Below the pieces are notes generated by a model, which saw only the letters and a list, made by a program, of their open reading frames with translations, did no database searches and was not told where the DNA came from. From positions 1,641,854 through 1,705,853 of the forward strand of contig CM082596.2 in assembly GCA_040954595.2 (NCBI GenBank): a stretch of 64,000 nucleotides of DNA, read 5' to 3'. This DNA comes from Balanoglossus misakiensis (Eukaryota > Animalia > Hemichordata). Shown one piece after another: positions 40,801-51,612 of this stretch (the first letter of the stretch is position 1; each line of letters opens with the position of its first letter). A program made the position numbers and the translations under genes.

Positions 40801-43800
40801 TAGCAGAATTGGGGTCTGTAACGATCAATCGTTGGAGCTCTCCGGAAACCCAGAGCTTCCGGACAGTTCCAACGATTCGGTGTTCATTAAAAGTGACCGC
40901 GGATGATACAGTTGAAATGCTGAGCTGACTTTGATGCCTGTGAAATCTATTAACCATATCTCTCGTATTCCTAGTCTTTTTAGAGTCATTTCAGGTGCTA
41001 GAAGTTTGAAGATAGAAGTTTGTCAAGACCATGCAGGAGCGGCTAGCAGAATTGGGGTCTGTAACGATCAATCGTTGGAGCTCTCCGGAAACCCAGAGCT
41101 TCCGGACAGTTCCAACGATTCGGTGTTCATTAAAAGTGACCGCGGATGATACAGTTGAAATGCTGAGCTGACTTTGATGCCTGTGAAATCTATTAACCAT
41201 ATCTCTCGTATTCCTAGTCTTTTTAGAGTCATTTCAGGTGCTAGAAGTTTGAAGATAGAAGTTTGTCAAGACCATGCAGGAGCGGCTAGCAGAATTGGGG
41301 TCTGTAACGATCAATCGTTGGAGCTCTCCGGAAACCCAGAGCTTCCGGACAGTTCCAACGATTCGGTATTCATTAAAAGTGACCGCGGATGATACAGTTG
41401 AAATGCTGAGCTGACTTTGATGCCTGTGAAATCTATTAACCATATCTCTCGTATTCCTAGTCTTTTTAGAGTCATTTCAGGTGCTAGAAGTTTGAAGATA
41501 GAAGTTTGTCAAGACCATGCAGGCGCGGCTAGCAGAATTGGGGTCTGTAACGATCAATCGTTGGAGCTCTCCGGAAGCCCAGAGCTTCCGGACAGTTCCA
41601 ACGATTTGGTATAATTCATTAAAAGTGACCGCGGATGATACAGTTGAAATGCTGAGCTGACTTTGATGCCTGTGAAATCTATTAACCATATCTCTCGTAT
41701 TCCTAGTCTTTTTAGAGTCATTTCAGGTGCTAGAAGTTTGAAGATAGAAGTTTGTCAAGACCATGCAGGAGCGGCTAGCAGAATTGGGGTCTGTAACGAT
41801 CAATCGTTGGAGCTCTCCGGAAACCCAGAGCTTCCGGACAGTTCCAACGATTCGGTGTTCATTAAAAGTGACCGCGGATGATACAGTTGAAATGCTGAGC
41901 TGACTTTGATGCCTGTGAAATCTATTAACCATATCTCTCGTATTCCTAGTCTTTTTAGAGTCATTTCAGGTGCTAGAAGTTTGAAGATAGAAGTTTGTCA
42001 AGACCATGCAGGAGCGGCTAGCAGAATTGGGGTCTGTAACGATCAATCGTTGGAGCTCTCCGGAAACCCAGAGCTTCCGGACAGTTCCAACGATTCGGTG
42101 TTCATTAAAAGTGACCGCGGATGATACAGTTGAAATGCTGAGCTGACTTTGATGCCTGTGAAATCTATTAACCATATCTCTCGTATTCCTAGTCTTTTTA
42201 GAGTCATTTCAGGTGCTAGAAGTTTGAAGATAGAAGTTTGTCAAGACCATGCAGGAGCGGCTAGCAGAATTGGGGTCTGTAACGATCAATCGTTGGAGCT
42301 CTCCGGAAACCCAGAGCTTCCGGACAGTTCCAACGATTCGGTGTTCATTAAAAGTGACCGCGGATGATACAGTTGAAATGCTGAGCTGACTTTGATGCCT
42401 GTGAAATCTATTAACCATATCTCTCGTATTCCTAGTCTTTTTAGAGTCATTTCAGGTGCTAGAAGTTTGAAGATAGAAGTTTGTCAAGACCATGCAGGAG
42501 CGGCTAGCAGAATTGGGGTCTGTAACGATCAATCGTTGGAGCTCTCCGGAAACCCAGAGCTTCCGGACAGTTCCAACGATTCGGTATTCATTAAAAGTGA
42601 CCGCGGATGATACAGTTGAAATGCTGAGCTGACTTTGATGCCTGTGAAATCTATTAACCATATCTCTCGTATTCCTAGTCTTTTTAGAGTCATTTCAGGT
42701 GCTAGAAGTTTGAAGATAGAAGTTTGTCAAGACCATGCAGGCGCGGCTAGCAGAATTGGGGTCTGTAACGATCAATCGTTGGAGCTCTCCGGAAGCCCAG
42801 AGCTTCCGGACAGTTCCAACGATTTGGTATAATTCATTAAAAGTGACCGCGGATGATACAGTTGAAATGCTGAGCTGACTTTGATGCCTGTGAAATCTAT
42901 TAACCATATCTCTCGTATTCCTAGTCTTTTTAGAGTCATTTCAGGTGCTAGAAGTTTGAAGATAGAAGTTTGTCAAGACCATGCAGGAGCGGCTAGCAGA
43001 ATTGGGGTCTGTAACGATCAATCGTTGGAGCTCTCCGGAAACCCAGAGCTTCCGGACAGTTCCAACGATTTGGTATAATTCATTAAAAGTGACCGCGGAT
43101 GATACAGTTGAAATGCTGAGCTGACTTTGATGCCTGTGAAATCTATTAACCATATCTCTCGTATTCCTAGTCTTTTTAGAGTCATTTCAGGTGCTAGAAG
43201 TTTGAAGATAGAAGTTTGTCAAGACCATGCAGGAGCGGCTAGCAGAATTGGGGTCTGTAACGATCAATCGTTGGAGCTCTCCGGAAACCCAGAGCTTCCG
43301 GACAGTTCCAACGATTTGGTATAATTCATTAAAAGTGACCGCGGATGATACAGTTGAAATGCTGAGCTGACTTTGATGCCTGTGAAATCTATTAACCATA
43401 TCTCTCGTATTCCTAGTCTTTTTAGAGTCATTTCAGGTGCTAGAAGTTTGAAGATAGAAGTTTGTCAAGACCATGCAGGAGCGGCTAGCAGAATTGGGGT
43501 CTGTAACGATCAATCGTTGGAGCTCTCCGGAAACCCAGAGCTTCCGGACAGTTCCAACGATTCGGTGTTCATTAAAAGTGACCGCGGATGATACAGTTGA
43601 AATGCTGAGCTGACTTTGATGCCTGTGAAATCTATTAACCATATCTCTCGTATTCCTAGTCTTTTTAGAGTCATTTCAGGTGCTGGAAGTTTGAAGATAG
43701 AAGTTTGTCAAGACCATGCAGGAGCGGCTAGCAGAATTGGGGTCTGTAACGATCAATCGTTGGAGCTCTCCGGAAACCCAGAGCTTCCGGACAGTTCCAA

Positions 43801-44233
43801 CGATTCGGTATTCATTAAAAGTGACCGCGGATGATACAGTTGAAATGCTGAGCTGACTTTGATGCCTGTGAAATCTATTAACCATATCTCTCGTATTCCT
43901 AGTCTTTTTAGAGTCATTTCAGGTGCTAGAAGTTTGAAGATAGAAGTTTGTCAAGACCATGCAGGAGCGGCTAGCAGAATTGGGGTCTGTAACGATCAAT
44001 CGTTGGAGCTCTCCGGAAACCCAGAGCTTCCGGACAGTTCCAACGATTCGGTGTTCATTAAAAGTGACCGCGGATGATACAGTTGAAATGCTGAGCTGAC
44101 TTTGATGCCTGTGAAATCTATTAACCATATCTCTCGTATTCCTAGTCTTTTTAGAGTCATTTCAGGTGCTAGAAGTTTGAAGATAGAAGTTTGTCAAGAC
44201 CATGCAGGAGCGGCTAGCAGAATTGGGTTCTGT
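37826..44233. repeat. Tandem array of ~26 near-identical 243/246-bp units, each with a 51-nt imperfect palindrome
   Basis: Identical ORF stubs recur every 243 or 246 bp (38240-44102; first full unit 233 bp). Palindrome AATCGTTGGAGCT-C-TCCGGAAGC-CCAGA-GCTTCCGGA-C-AGCTCCAACGATT at 38136-38186. Confidence 0.97.
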
Positions 44234-45051
44234 GATTTCACCGTGTGTTTTATTGTTAATTCATTGTTAATATTCATTAAGTTGTTTCATAGTATATTTT
44301 TATTTTTTAAAATTACTGACATAATAATGTAGAATGTCATCAATACAACTCGGATGTGTCAAGGTAAACATTGGTTGTTTGATCTTCATTTGTGTTCAGA
44401 TTTGTCAAGGTTGTTGTGTTGTGGTCTGTGTACGATGGTCTTGTTGTGGGTCGGTGGTCTTTGGAGGGTTCTGTGGTCTTTGGGGTGTTCTGGTGTCATT
44501 GGTTCGGTTGTCTGGCAATGGTTGGTGGTAATCTTAGGTTAGGTGACCTTTTGGGAGGTATTGATGACTTTTATGTTGTTTTTTAGTGTTCTAATATCTA
44601 TTTTGTTCATAAATTTAATAATAATACATAGTTAAAAGTTTGCATGATGAATGCTTTTTCCATTTTCTAGCTTTGTGGAATGGCGTCATACATTGCAACT
44701 TTAATTGTATCACTATCCTGTCTTTCCTCTCACTATCCTCTTTCTTAAAAGCTAGGAGCAGAATTGGAAATGACTAAATTTTCAAAATGTTTTCAATTTG
44801 GATACTTCTGTTTGTTAAAGTGACAACAAAAAGGTTGTCTAAACTGCTGCTGACTAAGCAACCCCAAAACTTGTAGAAATAATGAAATTTGCAATGAATT
44901 CTGCTCATGGTTCCGTGACAATATCTTCTTTCTAATGTTATTTGAATTGATCATTTGGCATTTGCTTCTGCAAATAAATTGCTGTAGAAATAAAAATGAA
45001 ATTCAAGAAATTGAAAATCATAGAGAACTTCAACTATGTACTGTCACTGGA

Positions 45052-45065
45052 CCGCTAGGGGGCGC
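45052..45065 (+). promoter_or_regulatory. Candidate CTCF site
   Basis: CCGCTAGGGGGCGC closely matches the CTCF core CCASYAGRKGGCRS. Confidence 0.55.
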
Positions 45066-46333
45066 AGCTATTGTAAGCTGTGGATGTCTCAATAAAACCG
45101 AGACACATTGCACCATTATAATATTCCAACGTTCGCCGCTTATGGCACACTTTGTGTCATTGGTTGGTCTGGCAGTGATCAGGCATGTGGTTTGACATCA
45201 CCTAAGGTGAGGACATCACTTTAGGTAATGTCTTGCCCTTGTTTTTAACTTTTGACATATATACGTGTTTCACCTTTCATGTAATTGCTTTACTGTTCTT
45301 GTTCAATTTATTTGATGTACTTTACAATTTACACTTGGGACAAGCTATAAAGAGAGTGAATCTGTCATATATCCCATGTGTTAAATGTCACTCACTGTAT
45401 CAATTATTTGTAATTTTGCATCATTAACTTAAATTCTGAATTTCTGTTGTTTTTTTAAGGATGACATCCTCAGCAAGGCACGTTTGATATTTTGTTGGCT
45501 TCAGGTTTCCAGGTTTTTTCCTGGGCCGACTTGTATGCTGCTATTGCTATGAAATAAAAGCTGGTTAAGTTATATACAAGAATATTGTGTGCTGCATTGT
45601 TTTCTGTTTCTTCCCCATGCTCTATGTAAACCATGTGCTACCAGCCTGCTCTTTTAGGTAGTATATCATATAATGTACACGCCTTGAAAATCACTTTTTT
45701 CTTGTATTATGCTGAATGCAACATTTAATTATTCTCTTTTGGAATTGAGAATACGAAGTGGAGATACTGTGGAAAAATTTGAATGATAGAACTGTCTCAA
45801 ATTTGAAATTCAAAATGGCCGTCAAATTATTAGTGATTTTTATGAAAACAAAATGAACATGCACCCTATTTTTTATTGCTTTGTTTTCAAAGAGAATCTT
45901 CGCAAACTTCAACATAGGAAAGACTTGAAAGCTTTTGGTGACTTATTTTTATGAAAACCTGTTGCCTGGCATTTAAAAAAAGTTTGATTAATTCAACTGC
46001 AGTCTGTCATTTAACTTCTTAAAGAAAGTTACATACACAGTAACTTATACACAAAGACTATATATCGAGGCCCCATTGTAAAAGTGATTGTATGACACTA
46101 ACAGAATCAGAAAACTGCTTCGGGAGGGGTGGAGATAGTTGTACGGTAAAGTATTTTGATTATTGCACAAAAATTTAAACTTGGCCATAGAGGGTGCTTT
46201 TGCCATGTTGCACAGTGCAACGCCCTCATAGGCCAAGGAACGAGTTTATACAAATGAAAAGGTGCATTACGGGGAGTAAAGTGATGTTCAACAAACAGGC
46301 GCAAAAAAACCCGGAAGTTAATGCTGAAAACTG

Positions 46334-46690
46334 TACTTAGGTTTACCATGGACGGTTTACTTAGGTTGTTTCTGGACGCAGGCCATAGGCCTATATATCC
46401 AGATCAGTGTTTAGTTAGATGCTGAAGAGTGATGATAAATCTTTGCTTTGTAATCAAATTTGATGTACTGGTCTCTCCAGAATCTATCCAGGCGTTGTTC
46501 AAAACGGTGCAGGGTGGGTGATGAGATAACTGTAAAGACAAGCTATCGCTTAAATTTTGCCGTTCCAGAACTTTATCTTGGCTGTATTTGGCAGAATAAT
46601 CGACAGGTATTGTTCAGCCTTAAACATGCTTGCTTCTTAGGGACATACAGCCGTTTGATGATCCTTGCTCGCGTCGCGCGACGCCTTGTA
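46334..46690 (-). mobile_element. 5'-truncated, decayed CR1/L2-clade LINE 3' end
   Basis: Minus strand reads ...KRLYVP..LRLN...FWNG...VISSPTLHRFEQRLDRFWRDQYIKFDYKAKI...* (stop 46411-46413), resembling CR1 ORF2 C-termini. It is followed by a short 3' UTR stem-loop (AGGCC-TAT-GGCCT) and a duplicated AACCTAAGTA tail. Confidence 0.72.
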
Positions 46691-46828
46691 CAATAATTTC
46701 GTCTGCATCATAACATTGCGTAATCGAAGTGTTTATTTTGAAAAGGGGACACTTCCATACTGCTGACTCAGTCAGTCGTGGCAGCCATACTTAGAGTGAT
46801 TTTGCAAATCGGAGGTTAGTGCACGAAC

Positions 46829-49800
46829 ATGGCTGCTGTGAAAAAGTTACCCGAAGATGAAATCCAGCGACTGGTACGGGAGAAACTGAACAGGGACAAA
46901 GTGAAGTTATGGTTACCACCCTACACCAATGGCAGTGGAAGTGCTGATCAGTATCCACAGGTGAGCAGTATGGATAAACTAGATAGTTTTCACTCAGGCA
47001 TTGAAACAAATCAACTTCAAGGTTTCGTTGGCCCATAGTATTGTAGCTATATCAGTTGCATTTTCTGTAATCTGTACAAATCTTCTCATTTCTCTTAGGA
47101 TCTGATTGCCAAATATTCCTCAGAACTCAACTTGTCTTTAGAGGCAGTGGCATCGTGTATAGAACAACTGCGTCAACACGCAGTCGACAAGTTAGCAGCA
47201 AGGCAGAAATTTCAGCAGTCTGGGATTGCAACATTGAAGGTCAAACTTGCTGGGAACATACCGGCAGATGTTACTGAGACAACCTTTGACTTGGAGACAA
47301 AATTAGACGTATGTGGCAGTGATTTCAAGAAATTGTAAGTTAGTTTTGATTCCTCTCATTCCGTAGATTTTCATAATCAAAAATAGATTTTTAAAAAATG
47401 TAACTCTTTTCTATCTTTATTGCTACTAATGTGAAAAACAATTCTTTATTTTTAGGCTTTCCAGTAGGACAAGAGTAGAAGTTGATCGGATGAAACTGAT
47501 CAGCTGTGGACATGTTGTGCAAGATGACAAGACTTTAATAGGACAGCATATTAAACACCAGTCACAGGTAAAACAGTGTCACATAATTTTGCTTGGGAGA
47601 CTCCTGCATTTATCTTTGTCATCAACTTTCAGGTTTCATTGTATTGGTTAATGTTCTCTTTTGTTTTCCTTTGTAGGTAATGGTTATATGTTTATCAGAA
47701 ACTGAAGTAGAAGTACGAAGGAAAGAAGAGCAGCGTTCAAGTCTTCAGAAAACGAGACATGCAGCAGAAGTACTTGTCAACAGGAAAGAAGGTAAATATA
47801 GTAGCCTATTTCATTTTCAGGGAAGAGAGATGTCTGACCAGTTTGTCAAGTCAGTACTGGGTAAATTGTTCATAATTCGGATGGTACCACTGTGTTCAGT
47901 AGGAAGGCAAAAGTTGGTTTGTTTTTGTTATTACCTTTACTAAAAGTACACTTTCGTTTCTTGTAGATGGTGAACATGATGACTACTACCTTCAAATTGC
48001 TGACCATACTGGCAAACCAATCAAGCTACCAGCAGAGGAGAGGAAGGCATTGGCCTTGGCAATGACCTTGAATGAGAAAGGCAGAGCTGCTTTGAAAAGG
48101 AAACAGTATGGCGAAGCGCTGTTGCTGTTGCTTGAGGCAGACAGAGAATTCAAGTATGTTGTGCATCTTTTACAGGCTTTTACCCTAATCTGTACATGCA
48201 CACACACATTATCATAGACAGTCGTGTCATATCTGACTTCAAAAATGTGGAACTTTCATTTGCTTATGAACAGGATTGTCTTCTCAAGAGTTAAATCTTT
48301 CCATGGTTGTCAATAACTAGGGCTGATATTTATTTTTTGTTCACTCAGACAATGTCGAGCTGATATCTTAAATGCCGTGGACAACTATGCAGTCTTGTGT
48401 CTTGATATATCCTGGTGTTATTTGTGCCTTAAGAATATCAACGATTTACCAGATGCAGGTAAGTTTGACCGTTCCTTTGCCTTTACTTGAATGGTTAACC
48501 ACAAAACTATCACTTCCAAGCGCCAGTGTTTTTTCATATGAATAAAAATGACATTCTTGATCATTTTTTGTATAGATTCCAGACTGACGACTTGTGAGCA
48601 GTGTTTGAAGAGAAGTTATGGTGAGAGTTTGGAGAGATTGACAGCTGTCAAGGGAGACAGTTCTCGAGAGTTGGCATTGTTTGTCAGACTTCATCTTCTG
48701 CAAGGTGTGGTGGCTTTTTATCAAGGTCAAAGGGACACTGCCTGGCAACTGCTTGAGAAGGTCAGTCCTGGAACATTTCTTGGTCAACTTTTACATAACG
48801 GGATGTATCTTTGAGAGAGAGAGGGTAACATCAATGATGTAATTCCAATATATCGTTATAAGCCCACAAGCATTAAGGATTTCTGGTTTTATGTAGAGTT
48901 GTCTACACCAATACAATTATGTACATTTAGTCCAAATCTTACAGTTTCTGCAAACATATGGTATGTTTGGGTAAACATGTATTTGATGAGACTTTATTTT
49001 GCTTTGAACAGGCACATTCAATATGGAGGATATTACAAGTGGACAGTGATAAATTATCAGAGATTATAGCAATGGGATTCACAGAAGCTGAAGCTCGGCT
49101 AGGACTCCGAGCAGCTCAGGGTAATATACAACTAGCAGTTATAAAGATTACGGATAAGAGGGAAGAACGGAAAGAAATTGCCAAGAATGAAGGGGAAGAG
49201 AGAAAGAAAAGGAAACGTGCAAGGAAACTTGGGAAAACTGCAGATGGTCAGATGTAAGTGGTATTATTTTCCATGACTGGATTGTTACTGTATAACACTT
49301 CTTTGACTGTTACAATGAAGAGTGTGCAATCAGTTCTTGGACTTTACCAATTTCAAAGTGCACCATTTATATCTTTTCAGGGTGAATATTGATGTATATG
49401 AGACTCTACTGTCAATGGGGTTTTCGAAATCAGCCGCAGCCACTGCGCTGAGGCAATCTAACAACGACATCAACCTAGCAATACAGACTTTGAATGAACA
49501 TCCTGAGTTGCTGGCATTGCCTGATATAGATACGGATCAGCCAGCTGTCCCCATCACAGATGAACTCATAGCAGGGGTGAGTTTAAGATGACTCAATGAT
49601 TTAACCCTTTCACCACAATGGTCCAGTGCAAATCCATTATTTTATGTGGTAAGGTTGGTCCTATAACAAAACCATGTGCAAAGCATGACCACAAAAATAC
49701 ACACATTTCTATATACATGTCTCGCTTTTTGTCACTGCATAATTGACATATTTGCAAATCGTTACTGCAATGCATGTTCTTCAATAATTCTTTTGTTTTT

Positions 49801-50371
49801 ACTGCTAGGTTACAGAACTTGGTTTTGCCTTTGATGTTGCAAAGAGAGCCCTTGAACGTCACCATGGTAACATCCAAAGTGCTGTCAGTGAACTGATAGC
49901 AAGAGGAGGAGTTCTTCCTCTTGAACCTCTTCCGTCATCATCATCATCGTCAGGTAAGGGTGACATTTGTGTTCCTCTAGCAACACGATTGGACAGAAAA
50001 GGCCATTGATCTTTGCTGATGTTTTCATGACATTTACATGGATGCTGTCTTGCTCTCAGTCAAAAGTGACAAATCTGTTTTTCTCTCTCTCTATGACAAT
50101 AAGAGCAAACTTCTGACAACCAATGGTTCAATCTGTCTGTGTAATTCCAACTCCCACCCATTTGTAGAAGCTTATACTCAGAATTCTTGCTGTATCTCTT
50201 CTTAAATCAGCTTCCAAATCAGCAAAAGAGACAGAAGAAGAGATGAAAGCAGTGAAGGAACTCGTCCCAGACATTACGGAGAACGAAGAGGATTATTTAG
50301 ACTTGGCGCTGGACGAAGAAGGAAGATTTATAGAAGAGTACAAGACAAGAATCCTATCATTATCTCAGTGA
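46829..50371 (+). CDS. NUB1: NEDD8 ultimate buster 1 (11 coding exons: 46829-46960, 47099-47334, 47456-47567, 47677-47791, 47967-48153, 48349-48458, 48576-48760, 49012-49253, 49381-49576, 49809-49953, 50211-50371)
   Basis: KVKLWLPPY, GIATLKVK, UBL segment, YLQIADHTG, VDNYAVLCLDISWCY, RLHLLQGVVAF, three UBA-like repeats (MGFTEAEARLGLR, MGFSKSAA, LGFAFDVA) and C-terminal EEDYLDL. Confidence 0.93.
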
Positions 50372-51330
50372 CATCTCTCAGGAAATGACATTTCTGACTC
50401 AGAGTGCATTAAAATATATTATTGCTTTTTCTTCACCACAGATGTACATTATTTTATAAGAGTACATTTGTAGAAATTTGTATGACGTGTATTGGTTTTT
50501 TAATACTTTTAATGAAATTAATTTTAAGATTAAAACTCAAATTTCTTGAAATCAACAAAGCTGTGTGTTCTTTTCTTTATTTCAACATCTTCCTAAGCTT
50601 ATTTCATTCCATACTGTTGAGGCTACAGGGCTACATGAGGCTACCTAAATCGTGTGTATACCCGACCTGGTGGGGATATTGCTATTACATGTATATTATA
50701 TTCATACGGGACGTCGAGCGGCCTAAAACGTCTCACAACTTGTACAACGGCAACTTTTTGAACTTTTAGCGAGGAAATAACACACACGGCCGCCGCCATA
50801 TTGATTAAAGAAAGTGTGCGCAAAGGACTGTGGGAACTTGTAGGCTGAATTCGACGTTATAAATATACCTTATATTGAAATTATTGAACCTATTTTGTTC
50901 AAGACTTTATAAAGAAGCAGAAAAACTATTTTGAGAATTTGACCAGAACAAAAACGAACAACATACTGCATAATTTAGCAATCGCCCCTTGCAACCGACT
51001 ACATACTCTGCACCCCCTGCTCCAATTTTGTAGGAGTCCACAATCACGTGACCGTGCCAAGCAACAGCGAGCGGAGTATAAACAGAAAAGAGGCCTGTGT
51101 AACGTGAAAACCCCATTCAAACTAGGTATGTTTTTGTAGTATTTTACCAATCCACTGTCATTTCGAGCAAGTTTTCCTGTTTCTGAGATATCTCTAGTTT
51201 TAATTTGTAATATTGTCTTGTCCACAAACCTCCCCGATCTTGTAATAGCACCCCAATTTGGAAGTCGTTGACTTCCGTATTAAACCGTCTGCATTCTTGA
51301 CTCGTGATGGTTGACAGCAAATCTAACGTT

Positions 51331-51344
51331 GTTGCCATGACTAC
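51331..51344 (+). promoter_or_regulatory. RFX X-box-like site upstream of the NME8-type start codon
   Basis: GTTGCCATGACTAC, with a perfect GTTGCC half-site. RFX control is typical of motile-cilia genes. Confidence 0.5.
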
Positions 51345-51612
51345 CAAGGAAATCGGATCGGACATGTGTGTGTGAAATATTCGTCTTTAAAGGTTGTTTG
51401 GTGTGGTTCAATATTTGTCACTGTCAGCCAACCACCAAGATCTGATTGATCACTGATCGATCCAATATTAACCCTCTAGGCATATCGATCAAGCCCCCAC
51501 CCCCTCCCCCACCCCCTTAGAAGTTTGTCTCGACATCCGATCACAAGCAATTAGATCTCGTGGTGACCGATAATTCTTTTTGATTGTTCAGGTTATTTTC
51601 TGAGCTTCCAAG

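Noticed and set aside
37826-44233. CRISPR-like array or hammerhead retrozyme
   Set aside because: The sequence between palindromes is identical rather than unique spacers, there are no cas genes, and the context is eukaryotic. I found no CUGANGA...GAAA hammerhead core on either strand.
38007-44332. Repeated 65-76 aa ORFs in the array, including a minus frame with only one TGA per 81/82-codon unit (possible read-through or selenoprotein polyprotein)
   Set aside because: One near-open frame out of six is not unusual for an 81-codon unit. The 233-bp edge unit breaks the frame, and no recognisable domain, SECIS or read-through context is visible.
44709-45094. Partial inverted matches (TATCCTGTCT, TGTCTCAATA) to the putative terminus near 36297-36330
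   Set aside because: Only about 10 bp each with non-matching flanks; not a TIR.
45655-46020. Possible degenerate DNA-transposon copy (AAATTCAAAATGGCCG core)
   Set aside because: Termini and TSD could not be established.
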